A stretch of 64,000 nucleotides of DNA from Marsupella aquatica (Eukaryota > Plantae > Marchantiophyta): assembly GCA_973895155.1 (NCBI GenBank), contig OZ316893.1, positions 21,808,955-21,872,954 of the forward strand, given 5' to 3'. Below the pieces are notes generated by a model that was not told the DNA's origin, did not search any database, and was given only the letters and a program-made list of their open reading frames with translations. The position numbers and the translations under genes were made by a program. Of the stretch, positions 12,546 to 26,279 are shown piece by piece (the stretch's first letter is position 1; every line of letters starts with the position of its first letter).

Positions 12546-15463
12546 TAGTGCAGAGTCCTGGTGCAGCTGTCGCTGTGTTCCTTCCCACGGTGGTAAGTGC
12601 TGACTCCAAAATGTACACGAGCTCCCTTGTGACAACGTGCTACCCCTAACTATGGACTGCTATCTCATTGGTCATGAAAAATCTATGGGACAGAGTTCTT
12701 GCCAGTAAGCCAGGCATAGACTATCAGAACACTGTAGTGCATGCTTGAACTTTTCAGGAATACCAGAAGCTTCATAGAGTGTGGTGGACATTGGGGTTCT
12801 TACGGCATATAACTTTAGGCAGGTGGCAGGTGGGGACCCCAAGGCCAAAAGTTTTTAGGTTTAGGAAAATGGCGCTTCATTTTTTAGGGTAGCCGTCAGG
12901 TGGGGGGCAGGTCAAGGGCAGTTGCAACTGTTTAAAGAATATTTGGGTACAGTAGTTTACGCTGACATAAATTGGTATTACCTATTTAATGTTTGTTGTA
13001 TTCTATGTATAGGGTAACCATTTTCATATTATATAATCATCGTTACATAAAGGGGATTTTATGTGCTTAGTGATTATGGCAGCAAAGATTCCCTGGCCTA
13101 TGGTTAGGTATGTACAGTCTATTCGGTAGATGTTAGTCGTGCCATATCTTTACTTCGAGAGAGAGTAGAGCTCGATCGAGTAGAATTCAATCAGAGCGTT
13201 GTGGTTTGGTCAGTGGTCAATCTGGTGTCATTAGTGTATCGAGGCAAACAGTGGAAAAAAGGAGAGGAGACGGAGGTTACATAGAATCAGTCTTGATGTA
13301 GGCTATGCATTGGAATCCAAGTGAGTTGTTGCTTGTTGCTGTTGCGTGGATGGGTGGAATTTGTGATGGGATCACTTTTCTGGGTTGTCCAATTAGAGAG
13401 CATTGGAGGTCAAAATATTCTAGAAGATTTCTTCTAAGCTGCAAATTAATGGATGGTGGACCGTAGTCTAAATCCTATTATTGCCTACGATGGCCTTTTG
13501 TCACCTGTGGCTCCCTTCCATTTTGAGGATTGACCTGCTAATTGTGGGCTGGTTACAGGTTGCTCATTTTTCTTCTAAATTGAGTGATTTTTATTTACTT
13601 CACTATGAATAAGATTTCAAGGAGCGACCAAAAAAAGACTTGTACATCAGATCCCAAACAGATCGATGGGAGCCAAAATGTAAATATGAGACAACTTAAT
13701 TAAGAGCACATATAGATCACCAAGCAAAACTTAATTATTCCAGATGGGCCATGTTCAGTCAAGCAATAACCAAAGTTGGCATGTAGTATTAAACCAAAGT
13801 AACTGAAAAAGTTCATATATATCAATCAGTAGTGTGCTAAATCTCAAAACCTCTAAACCACTTGTTGCAAGAGTAAAATTACTACTTGGTTTAGATTGCC
13901 AAACCTCAAAAGAATACTTTGGAAAAGCCCTAATCCCGAGACTAAGTAATTAACATTGAGAACCGATGACAAAGTAATAATCAAACTGAAACTAGTGACA
14001 ATAGATATTTTGATGAAGAAGAGTGACAACGGAAAGACATTATCACGATCAAAAGCTATTCTTGAGGGCCACTGTGATTCTAGGGGCTTAACCTGCGTCC
14101 AAGGTGTGAGTGGAAAATGGGGATTGGGGACAGAGTGAGTTTTTGACAATGACAAATTGGGCTTGGCTTGAATACATTCACCTCTATTTACATGCAAAAA
14201 AAATGCTTACTCTGGGTAGTGCGTTAAATCTCAAAAGACCCATAATCTGATCTTGGGGTGAGGAGGTTGGGATTGCCACTCGTTCATCCTAGCCCATGAC
14301 TCTGCCAGCAGAACTGAAGTTAAGGGTGCAAGTGAGAAACCAGGATTGGAGGCAAGGTGAGTCTCCAAAAATGGCAGAGCCGGCTTAAATGTTCTCACCT
14401 CTATTTGCCTTCAAAAAAGAGGCACTTCGGGCCAATATGATAAATCTCATAAAACCCCCCTCAGCACACTAGTAGTGGTGGGAGTATTGATTACCTTTAG
14501 CCCTAACTAGTCTAAAGGGTCTAACTGGTCTACTTTGGAGCCCAAGTTTAAGCCTCTCTCGAGTCCAGTCTGGGTCTTTCCGGGTCCTTCTATCCCAAGC
14601 GATTATCCCAATGTGGCTACTCTAAAGAATTGCATGCTCTTGAGGAAAACATCTATCGTCTATTGGGTAGGCTTTCAAGGCAAATAAATAAATAAAAAAC
14701 TATTATAGCCAGAACCTGACTCAGGGGTGGGGAGGCTGGGACCTCTACCCCCTCCTGAGGGACGGTTCCATGAACTCTTCACCCCCCTCCCCCCAAGTAA
14801 ACGAAACGCTGCCCTAGACCACACGGAAGCCCGGAGTTTTAGTCGCGTTACATCTCGTTGTAGGGTTTGGCCCTCTCGTGGTGCTCTCCTTCTGTGTCAT
14901 CCAATTCTGGGAGCGCTCGTTTGATTCGTCAATTTTGTTCGCAACTACAATCGGAGGTCGAAGCAATTCTGTGAAGCTCGTTCAAGTCGTTCGCAAGTAG
15001 GTCGAAGCTTTTTCTCAAACTCCTCTCTGGAAGAAATATTAGCTCTATTCGCTCTCGCTCTCGGTGTCGTTTTTGGTTCCCTACATTTGGTTTTCAAGCG
15101 TTTTGTCGAAGCTCAGCACAGCAGAAGTTTTAGCGTTCCGAGCATTCAGTGATCTGTGCATCTGACGTGCTGAGATTTCTGTGATGATGGTTCCTGCAGC
15201 TCCCTTGAACTTCTCTGCGGCAATCGGGACTGTGGTTATTATGGTCTAGCAAGCAACTGAAATAATTGAGAATCTCGGCCGGTTTCTTCCCCTGTCCCGT
15301 GCGATTTCTCCTGCGGACAAGGGCACTGCGCACGGACGGACGGGCAACACATTTGTTCGGGAGAGACTTTACTTCAGTCGGGAATTTCACTGCCTGAGCT
15401 GCTGTTGCGTCGAGAGCTGATTTTCGTCCCGAGTCTCTCCTCCTAGGAGGAGATTTTGCAAAC

Positions 15464-18400
15464 ATGGCGGATGTGGCCGAGGCGCCTGTGGCGCCGCACA
15501 ATCTCCTCGCCCCCGACATGCGTGAGGAGCCCAGAGTGCAAGTGAACATCGACTGGTCGCAGGTGGATTTGGACTCCATCGAGGTGCCGGAGGGCGAAGA
15601 CTTCGGCATCAAGAGGTATGGTGGCTGATCAATTAGGGTTTTGTTAGGTTTTAGGTTTCCTTGCCCTCGAGGTTCGTTTTATTTTCTTTCGTCCTCATCG
15701 GTTGTCCATTGGGCTCGTACCCTGCCTCCTGGTTTGAGCTGAGGGTAGGTTATGTCGTGATCGGCCCTGGTTCTGGAGATCCCCTCGATTTTCTTACTGG
15801 AGTGTCTTCCGTTCAATCTCTAGGGTTTCTTCCTTGCTGTTCTCAATGTCCCCTTGTCATCGTTTATGTCATTAGGGTGTCTCTCTGTCAGTTCTGGGCC
15901 CTCGTGCTAAGCTTGAGATGTGGGTTTCCTGCGTGTCAGTGACGATGACGACTTCGAGGAGGAAATCTTGGAGACGAACACCGGATTTGGTAATGTCATC
16001 GTGGTGGACAATCTACCCGTGGTAGCATCGGAGAAGTTTGAGAAACTGGAAGGAGTCATCCGCAAAATTTTTGGTCAGATAGGCGTCATCCGAGAGCATG
16101 GGCTGTGGATGCCCAGGGAAGACGATGGAAATGGGAAAACGAAAGGTTACGCTTTCATCGAGTATACAACTCCCCAGGAGGCTCAGACTGCCCGAGAGCA
16201 GACCAATGGGTACAAGCTTGATAAGGCGCACGTGTTCGGTGTGAACATGTTCGATGATTTTGACAAGTACATGAGAGTGCCTGATGTATGGGCTCCCCCA
16301 GAGAGCAAGCCTTACGCGCCAGGGGTAAGCACATATTCAACTCCCAGTTGCAAGTCTTGTTGTCTCTGTTTGCCACCCGTTTTCAATGAGCTCCCTCCAA
16401 ATTTCGCCCTTGAACTGCCGATGTTCAGAGTTGTAAATGCTTGACCAAGAGGAGAGTGGTCGATTCTGACGCACAAATTTGATCCGATACTGTGAACAGG
16501 AAAATATGCTGGCATGGCTTACCGACGACCGTGGTCGCGATCAGTTCGTTATCCGTTTCGGATCCGATACCGAGGTGTACTGGAATGATCATCGTCAGGG
16601 AAAACCTGACCCTGTGTACCAGCGCCAGGTAAGCTAGGCCAATTTTTTCGGTTATAATCGACGTTTCTTCGAATCTCTGTTTGGGTGCCAGGCACAAGAG
16701 TGATGGCTGGTCTTTATCATAATTGCGCGTAGACTTTGTTCTAGCTGTCCGAACGGGATCTGTGTTCATTGTCCGGATTGTGGCTTCACCCAGTGGCTTC
16801 TCTTTCTTTGTAGAACATCACATGTGCCCAGCATGGGGTTTTCTCGTGTGTTTTTGGTGTCTCTGCTGATCTTGTTGAATACGAAGAACCTAGGTCCGTT
16901 TTTTCGTTCATTTGGATCTTGATTCAATGTTCTCTTTATGCAGTTTTGGACGGAAAGCTTTGTCCAGTGGTCACCTTTAGGTACCTACTTGGCAACTATT
17001 CACAGGCAAGGAGCTGCCGTGTGGGGAGGAGCGCAAACTTTTAACCGACTCGTCCGATACATTCATCCCCAGGTCTGCGTTACTTTTTTGGCGCAATCTC
17101 CCACCTACTTGATGTTGTTGTCTACATTTGTTACAATGTAGGTGAGCATGTGTGTGAGCTTGAGCTTCGTGAATGCCTCGCAAGACAGTAGCGAAAGAGC
17201 GTCTGTCCTGCTCTGAATCAGTCAACCGATCCGGAATTTGCTTTGAAGCACATGAAAGGGATTTCTAAGCCGAGGCTTCTAGTGTCTGTAATGTTTATTT
17301 ATTCCCTTCTGTGATGCATTCATGCATCGGGCATCATGGCCAGAATTGTTATCTAGGTTTTGGCTTACGATTTTGAGGTTAGATATTAACGTTGCAATCA
17401 TCTGCAGGTGAAATTGATCGACTTTTCTCCCGGAGAGAAATATATGGTCACCTACAGCAGTCACGAACCTAGTAATCCTCGAGACACCCAGGTACATAGT
17501 TAAATCCTCCCCACTTAGGCGGGCGAATATTTGTCATAGATGGAAGTCACTAGGTACTCCTCTAAATTAGGGCTTTTGGAAGTAAGTTTGAGTTGACTAG
17601 CATGACGATGGTTGCGAGAGTGATGGATTTGAGCTCTGTTATTGAACGGGGCGTGACGGAGGTTTTGACATTGGAGAGAGAGAATTGTATCTGAGACTGA
17701 ACCTGTGAATCTCATTGCAGAGGGTGACCTTGAACATCTTTGATGTCCGTAGTGGAAAGGTTCTCAGAGAGTTCAAGGGAAGTGCGGATGATTTTGCCAC
17801 AGGTGGAACTGGTGGTGTGGCAGGAGTGTCGTGGCCTGTTTTTAGGTTGGTTTCCAATCCGGTTGTTATGTCGGGCATCTTTCAAATCTGTGTCAAACAT
17901 CTTCTTCTCCAGTAAAGTATTTCTATTTGTTAGATCTGCCCTTTTACTTGGGAAATCTGAACTGTTGGTGTCAGGGTGGAGGGGTTTAGATCTTCAGGTC
18001 ATAAATGTCAAAGTTGAATCATGCAACTCCTGACGCTTGCATGTCTTTGCAGATGGGCTGGGGGTCGTGAGGACAAGTATTTTGCTCGAATTGGGAAAAA
18101 TGCTATCAGTGTATACGAGACCGAAACAATGGGGCTACTTGAGAAAAAGAGTCTCAAGGTCGACAATGTTCTTGATTTCCAGTGGTCTCCTACTGACCCT
18201 CTCTTGTCTCTCTTTGTCCCTGAGGGCGGTGGCGGAAATCAACCTGCTAGGGTAAGTTTTGCACTTCATATTGCACTTTGATAGGGTGATTTTTTGGGCT
18301 ATTTGCTTCCCCTCGTGATTAGTTTGGTCGGGTATGGGTCAATCTCATCGAGACAGAAGTATGTGGAAGATGTATAAGTGGTTTCGAGTAAGCAATTACA

Positions 18401-19800
18401 CGTTGGGAGGTCCTTCGGCCTCGACGCGCTGACACAACTGCAGGAAGTCCTGTCTTGGGTGCAGATTATTCATCTAACAATCTCAACCATCACTGCAATC
18501 AATGTTCTTATTTTCTGTTTGTACCTGAAACAGGTTAGTTTAGTCTCCATCCCGAGCAGGGAAGAGCTCAGGCAGAAAAATCTGTTCTCCGTTAGTGACT
18601 GCAAGATGTACTGGCAAAGTAATGGTGATTACCTTGCAGTCAAGGTCGATCGTTACACCAAAACCAAGAAGAGCACTTACACGGGTTTTGAGTTGTTCCG
18701 TATCAAAGAGAGGGATATCCCAATTGAAGTATTAGAACTTGAGAACAAGAATGACAAGATTATTGCTTTCTCTTGGGAGCCGAAGGGACACAGATTCGTG
18801 ATCATTCATGGGGACGGTCCACGACCCGACATCAGCTTTTACTCTATGAGAAGTCCTAATAATGTTGGGCGGGTGACTAAGCTAACTACCCTCAAGGGCA
18901 AGCAGGCCAATGCACTGTATTGGTCTCCTATTGGCAGATTCATTGTGCTAGCTGGACTCAAAGCGTACAATGGACAGCTTGAGTTTTACAATGTCGACGA
19001 GCTGGAGACCATGGCAACTGCTGAGCACTTCATGGCTACTGATGTTGATTGGGATCCCACTGGCAGGCAAGATACTTTCTGGTTTCAGGTGCCTTTGTAG
19101 CACAGTTGGAATGGAGATGCTTGTGTCGTCCTTCCCCTGTCGTTTTGCAAGATTTGGCTTACACTGGAAGTTCATTTTAGACTGACCTGAAGCTGTTGAT
19201 TTGCGCAGATTTGTTTCTACATCCGTGACCTCAGTGCACCAAATGGAAAATGGGTTCAACATTTGGTCATTCAATGGGAAGCTTCTGTACCGGCTACCAC
19301 GGGAGCGCTTTTTCCAGGTGACACTATGAGCCTACAATGCCGAGACTTCTGATTTCAAATACTGACTTTGTAAACATTGTATCGGATGTTCTGCTTGACC
19401 TTTTGGGATACCGAATACCTACACATGTACTGAGATGCTGTTTCTTTGGCAGTTTTTGTGGCGCCCGCGGCCGCCTTCACTGCTGAGCGCTGAGGAGGAC
19501 GCTGAGATTGCCAAGAACTTGAGAAAATACAGCAAGAAGTACGAGGTCGAAGATCAGGAAATGTCGAACTACCAAGGGGCACAGGACTTGGAAAATAGGC
19601 GGAAGTTGATGGATGAATGGAAGAGCTGGACAAACCAGTGGAAGAGCCTGCACGAGGAGGAGAAACCTTACCGTGAAGAGTTGAGGGACGGTGAGCCCAG
19701 CGACGAGGAGGAAGATTATGAGGCAGAAGAAGTAGAAGTAGAGGAGATTCTGAACATTGAGGAAGAGGTGATCTCCTATGGTTTTGAGCAGGTTGACTAA
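15464..19800 (+). CDS. TIF3B: Eukaryotic translation initiation factor 3 subunit B (PRT1 homologue), 10 exons
   Basis: Approximate exons 15464-15615, 15940-16324, 16500-16628, 16944-17072, 17408-17491, 17721-17845, 18053-18251, 18534-19066, 19209-19317 and 19453-19800. They splice into an RRM (VVDNLPVV..KGYAFIEY) and beta-propeller (WSPLGTYL, RQKNLFSVSDCKMYWQ, EHFMATDVDWDPTGR, WRPRPPSLL) typical of plant eIF3b. Confidence 0.97.
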
Positions 19801-20599
19801 TATTCAGTAGACAGTATGTGAATCTTCACTTCAGTTTTGTAATATGAAGAATGTTTGAATACACATTACAGTCAAACATTCTACTGTGAGAGTAAGGCCT
19901 GATTCAGGCATATGCCACGTTATGCTCACGGAATGTTCCGGGCAAGGTGTTGTTTGAAAAGGGGCAGAGATGAATTTCCCCGGGAGTTTCTTTGAAAAGG
20001 ATAGAGAGCTTGCTACACAATCGTATTCCCAGCGGCCACCTCAAATACGAAAATGCATGTATCATTCGCCAGCTGAGTCGAGGGTAGGTTTGCTACCTCG
20101 TATAGCTTTCTGGTCGATTACTCGAGACTAACTTAAAATTGAGCAGAATTTAATACCATAACGGAAACCACTGCGTATGGAATCCTTGGCTCGGGTTCGT
20201 ATATCTCCACGTGAGGTTAGAAGTACAACTTTCCCACAGGCTGTTGACAGTTTGCCAGCAGGTAAATTGAAGTTCTTAGAGCAACCACGGCCAATAAAGT
20301 TCTTTCTAGTAGAAATTTTCTTCCGAGACCATTCTTCAAAGGCCGAGACTGAGGAGCTTTAGAGCAATCATGGACAGGAAGAGATCATAGACGGGAGGAA
20401 ATTTCTCAAAACAATCCAGGGCTTGTCTCAGCACTGCTGGAAGCTAGGCCGGAATTTTTTTGACGTGCCATTTTATGGGGAACCTTTTGAGGTAACCTGC
20501 AACGTTTCTGACCTGGCCAAAAACGACAATTCCTGTATGTATGGGGCAAGTACTTAGGTAGCCCGCAACATTGTTGTCCTTAACTGTCTCGATTATGGC

Positions 20600-22200
20600 C
20601 GTGTGACACGCCCTAACGCACATGTGCTGCTTTGCTGAAAGTTCTCTTCCCTGGAGTCGGTTGGCTGGCCTAATGCACATGTGGTGCTTTCTGTAAATTC
20701 TTTCTCGTACCTGGAGTCTGTTGGCTGCCCTAATGCACTTGTGGTGCTTTCCTGTAAATTCTCTTACCTGGAGTCTGTTGTCTTCTGACGAGCCACTAGT
20801 GGGCAACAAGTAACTAAGGCAGCATGAGCTTGTTTAACTTATACAGGCAGCTGCTTACCATAGGTGTAGTCCTGCCGGTAATCACACATCAATTAATCCA
20901 TACAGGCAGCGGCAGCCTTTTACCATAGGTGTAGTCCTGCCAGCCGATTACCATAGGTGTAGTCCTGCCTGCCAGTAATCACATATCAAAATGTGCTAAT
21001 ATATTGTGTGCAGTTCTGCCGGTAATCACATATCAAAATGTGCTAATATATTGTGTGCAGAAAATAATGATAAACATCACATATCAAAATGTGCTAATAT
21101 ATTGTGTGCAGAAAATAATGAGATTTATCATGGTATGTTTGAGATGTTATAAATCATATTTTTGATGTGCACTTACCAAGTATTCACCAAGACAAAGTTG
21201 GAACTACTTGTAATTAGCAAAACAATAAGCCAATTGTAACTTGGGATGATGCTAGAGAATATAATGTACTTATTTCTTGACTTTAACAAGAGGCACCTAA
21301 AAAGTGACTTTTGGTGCAAATGCACCCTAAATAGTTGATTGTAGGGAAGGATATTCATCATGCCGCATGTATTCATGTAAGACACGCAAATACAGCAGAA
21401 AGTCTCCATGTGATCGTAAGTAAGAATATTTAGTGGTTCCACTTGCATTGTTGCTTGTACAATTCTCAATTGCTGCAGATCGCCCTTAGGAGATTGCATA
21501 TACGCATTGTTTTACTGACACGAGATATGTAGTGGTTGCTCTCTCTTCAATTTTTTCTTTCCATCTTAGCTTAGTATTTGTGATATGCAACACCTGCTGA
21601 AGTGTGGTATAAGGAGATTCATTGCTAGATCGCAAATCAAGCATAGAGCCTGCCCCGAAACTCAACTCAAACATAGTGCCCCTGTAGAAACCTTTCTACA
21701 ATATCCTGTAAAATGGGAGTCTCAAAGGTTCAAATTTGATGGACCTTATTTTAATAGTTAAGGTACTGGACCCATTCATAATACATAACTCTTGCCATAA
21801 AAATTTGGTCATATGCCATGCTATAAGTCACTCTAGAGTCTACTTAGGGCATCTCAACGCTTACAACTTGACTCAAAGGTTCAAATTTGATGGACCTTGT
21901 TTCAGTAGTTAAGGTACCTGACATAATATTTTTTGTATTACCCATTCATAATCCATAACTCTTGCCATAAAGATTTGGTCATATGCCATTCTATAAGTCG
22001 CCCTCTAAAGTCTAGGTAGGGCATCTCAGCTCTTCAAATTTGATGGACATTATTTTAGTACATTAAGGTACTCGACATTCAAAATTATGGATGCCATGCC
22101 ATAAGTCACAGTAGAGACTAGGTAAAAAACATTTATCAATTACCAACTTCTGCCATGTCGAGGCTAGTAAAAAACATTTATCAATTACCAAATTCTGCCA
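20600..22200. repeat. Cluster of short tandem and local repeats, likely a transposon relic
   Basis: A unit of about 59 bp (gccctaatgcacatgtggtgcttt...) x3, ttaccataggtgtagtcctgcc x3, atcacatatcaaaatgtgctaatatattgtgtgcag x3, and a unit of about 150 bp (ctcaaaggttcaaatttgatggacc...) x2-3. Confidence 0.75.
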
Positions 22201-23181
22201 TATTTCACTGCAGAGGCTAGAGAGAAAAAAAGGAGAGACTTCTACATAACATTAGAAAAAGCTATGACCACTTTCTCCCAAAATCATCAGCAACTCTGAA
22301 CCTTTGAGGCGGCCAATTGATGAAACATGCCCCTCCTCCACAATGCTTCAGCTTATGTGAAGGGCACTGAATTGCGTTTCACATTGCCAGCACAAAACAA
22401 AGCTAGCATCTTCTTAGGAGTTAGAATGGTGCACAATTTTACAAGTTCTCTAGATCGATTTCCAGAAACAGTGTGAAAAGAAATGAAGAAATTCACTTCC
22501 AGATAGTTGTAAATAGTTTCAAACGTCTGACGACGTTCACAGAATTGCAAATCCATTTTCGAATCCTTCCGCTGTCCTCCACATGTTTCAATCTTCAAAT
22601 GTCGCTGTGCTGGTGTAGATTGTGATCACCTTCTTAGCTTCCGGTGGAATCATTAGACCTCCTCACCGTAGAAATCAGCGAAATGTGGGGAGAAACTTCT
22701 CGGCTGACAACTTGCACAACACGATGTGGTGAAATTGTTGTGGAGATCACAACATCTGTATGATATTATTTGCCCAGAATGTTCGAAAGAACTACTAACG
22801 ACTAGTCTCACAATCAGTGGTCTTCTTGCTATTCCTGCAACTAACAAAATTTGGCTGTACAAATCCGAACCTTGTGATGGACGCTTTACCTACTAGTTTA
22901 ATCGAATCTCTGGTCGAGAACCATATCCAATTTTAGAGCAAATCCAACTTCGATAGGTCTAATCCAGGAGGCTAATTCGATCATTTTTTACACAGAACCA
23001 CTGACCAAATACTCATACAACTGTCGTTGGTAAGTCTGGAGCGTCGAGGTACTCCCGTGTGAAAAGCTCAGCTGATGGGAGGTCTCACAAAATACTGTTC
23101 ACTATATATGCATTAGCCCAACAATCCGGTTCAGCAAACTACCCATCTCGACCGAAGCTGCAAGACTACGGTAGCCTTCTT

Positions 23182-25941
23182 CTACTCCGCCTTGAGAGTG
23201 TTCGCAACGTCAATCACAAACCGGTAGTGTACGTCAGATTTCAAGAGCCGCACCATTGCCTCGTTGACATAGGTGATAGGAATCTTCTCTATGTCACAAG
23301 TCACATTATGCTTCCCACAGAAGTCCAGCATTTCTTGCGTTTCTGCAAGCCCTCCGATAAGACTACCGCCCAGGGTTCTTCGTGCTGCAGAATTAAAGCG
23401 ACTCGTTAAATTGAAGTTGCTTTTCTCTCAACAAGTGCTAACAAAATACTCGGAAATAACAAAAGTGGACTGCGCTGGTCGAGATTCGAGATGTTACCAG
23501 CTATCAGCGACATCGGTGAGATTGACATGTTGTGAGGTGGCACTCCAACAAGTACGAGCTTGCCGTCAACTTTGAGCAGCTTGAGATAGTCTTCTACACT
23601 GTGAGGAGCTGATACTGTATCGATAATGAAATCCAGCGTTAGAGCTGCTGCCTGCATATGCATTTAGGATATATGACGGATTAGTGAAGTTCAGGTAAGT
23701 AATGAGCCATCACAAAAACAAAAGCATTCGGTTCTGTTTTCATAATCCAGAAGTCATGAGAAATGTGTCCAGAACGCTGTAATCGGACTGTCGACTTCAT
23801 CGAAAAATAAGGAGTTCATGGCTGTACGAACCCAGTTAACAGCTACAAAAACAACAACAGTAGAAGAACGTTAGACAGTTTTGTCTGTAACCTTCATCTG
23901 GGCTTCGTCTTTACTGACGATGAAGTTGTCAGCAAGAAGATGCGCACGGGCCTCTTTCTCTTTCTTCGGTGAAGTACTGATAACTGTCACGGTCATGCCG
24001 AAACCCTTAGCAATCTTGGCAGCCATGTGTCCAAGCCCACCCAGTCCGACGACTCCGAAGTTCTTGCCTCCGTGTTCCATGTCGTAATGCTTCATGGGAC
24101 TGTAGACAGTGATTCCGGCACACAATAGCGGTGCGGCCGCATCCATCGGCAAATTCTCAGGCATCTTGAGCGCAAAGCTACAATAATTCAATCCCAGACA
24201 ATTAAGAAGCAAATGTCAATAGGTGATGAGCCACAGATTGTAGGTCGTAATTTATTCAGACATTATTTCGCACTACCTTCACCATGATCCGGCTCCTAAT
24301 TCGAGTTTCGCATGCTATTTGCGAGCGATTCTCAAATGCAATCGTTTAAGGATGGGTATTTCACATAGGAGAACCATAACAACGGTGTCAGGAAACTGTA
24401 AAAGAAGGCAATAATTGCCTTTTCTACTATAGGAGCCATGTCATACGGACAAACTGATCACCACATTTACGTACTGTTCTTTGACGATCATGACATTCGA
24501 GTAGCCGCCGTAAGTAGGATGGCCGTCAAATCCCATAGAGGAGTAGGTCCAGATCATCTTTGGGCAGTAATTTTCCAAGCCGTTGTCACAGGTTTCACAG
24601 TCCCCACAAGAGTCCACCAAGCAACCAACTCCAACACGGTCCCCGGGTTTGAATTTCGTGACCTCTGATCCAACCTTTGTGACAATTCCCACAATCTCGT
24701 GCCTGCGTGCAAAACATCATCATGAACACAGAAGGTGGGCACAAGCGAATGTAGACCAGAGCGGCCATTGGAACAAGGAATCCGAATCCAATAATTATGC
24801 TGTGTTCTCTGTTCTCTAGCCAAGTCATAAGAAAAACTCCCATTCTGCACGCTCTTCATAAGAAATGGGATCCGGTGAGGACAACGAGACTGTCGGTGAA
24901 ATAACAGGGAATTCTTACCCAGGAACCATGGGATACTCCGAGCCGCCCCATTCGTTCTTGATTTGATGGAGATCCGTGTGGCAAATTCCACAGTACTTAA
25001 CATCGAAAGCAACATCCTGCGGGCCGGGCTCTCTGCGTATAGCGGAAGAAGGACAACAACAAATTAGCCAACGGAAAACAGCAGGGAAGCACAAATTGGG
25101 GCAGGTACAACTTTACAGTGGCCCCTGCTCAACAAACCAACAAGTCTGACGTATCTCTTGAAAATAATGATCACCCTGACTCATCCAGAATATGACAACC
25201 AGCCACCCACTGTGCATTCTCCAACCTATCCAGGACAACCGTGTCTAGTCTAATCCAAACTCAAAGCTCAGCGCATGTACTCAATGCATTATGCAATTCT
25301 ACTCCTCGAGTACACATAGATCCGAACAAAGGCCCCCTAATACACGGGTAGTCAGTCCGTGAGGTCGAGGTTCACAGAACCCGACCGACCTCACAGAATG
25401 TCCACACAGTTCTTAACAAAGGAATTGGAAAGAGACTCTGCAGCAATTGATTGAAGTACTGAACACCATTATGCATTTGTACTCCTCGGTACCCATAGAT
25501 CTGAAACAGGCCCCCTAACACACGGCTACACAGCGAGGTCGAGGTTCACAGAACGCGACCGACCTCACAGGAAGTCCACACAGTTCTTAAGAAAGAATTG
25601 GAAACGTCGTAGTGACGAGACTCTGCAGCAATTGATTGTAGTACTCAACAGCATTATACAGTTATACTCCTCGCGCGGTACACATAGATCTGAAACAGGC
25701 CCCCTAACACACGGCTAGACAGAGAGGTCGAGGTTCACAGAACCCGATTGACCTCACAGAATGTCTACACACTCCGTAAGAAAAGGAATGGAAAGGTCTC
25801 AAGAGACTCTGCAACAATTCAAGGAAGCATATACCTTCTCTTGAAGGAAAATGGGCTCAATTGTCCAGAGCTGTCGCGGGCTGCCCATCCACAGGCCGGG
25901 ACCTTCAGCTCGGTCGTCGTCGTAGTAGTAGTTCCCACCAT
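23182..25941 (-). CDS. CAD: Cinnamyl alcohol dehydrogenase-like zinc-dependent medium-chain dehydrogenase, 6 exons
   Basis: Exon 1 (25835-25941) reads [20 protein letters not shown]. Later exons give [65 protein letters not shown] and [10 protein letters not shown], with stop at 23182-23184. Exon junctions are GT-AG. Confidence 0.95.
25280..25820. repeat. Three tandem copies of a unit of about 185 bp inside CAD intron 1
   Basis: ggccccctaa..acacgg...gaggtcgaggttcacagaac..gacctcacag...gagactctgca recurs three times. Confidence 0.85.
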
Positions 25942-26279
25942 TGTCGGAGAAATCGAGCGATACACTGAAATCAAGCTGCACAAATTATCGTGCTTCTGAG
26001 TTCGAAGGAAATCCTCTCAACTGAACAATACTCCAATTCCTCTTTGTCGACGACGCTCTGGAGACAGCGAATGCGGAAGTGAATGGCTGACGAGGATGGG
26101 AAGCTCGTTGGATCCAGCTCGATCGATGGAGCTTCTACTAAATGGGACAGGACAGTGAGGAGAGCTGACAGAGGAACGGATGCAGTACCGTATTGTGTAC
26201 AGTCACGACGAAGAGCTGCAGCTAACATAAGTGTATTATCACAACCAACAAAGCTATATATAACACATCCTAGGAAGTA

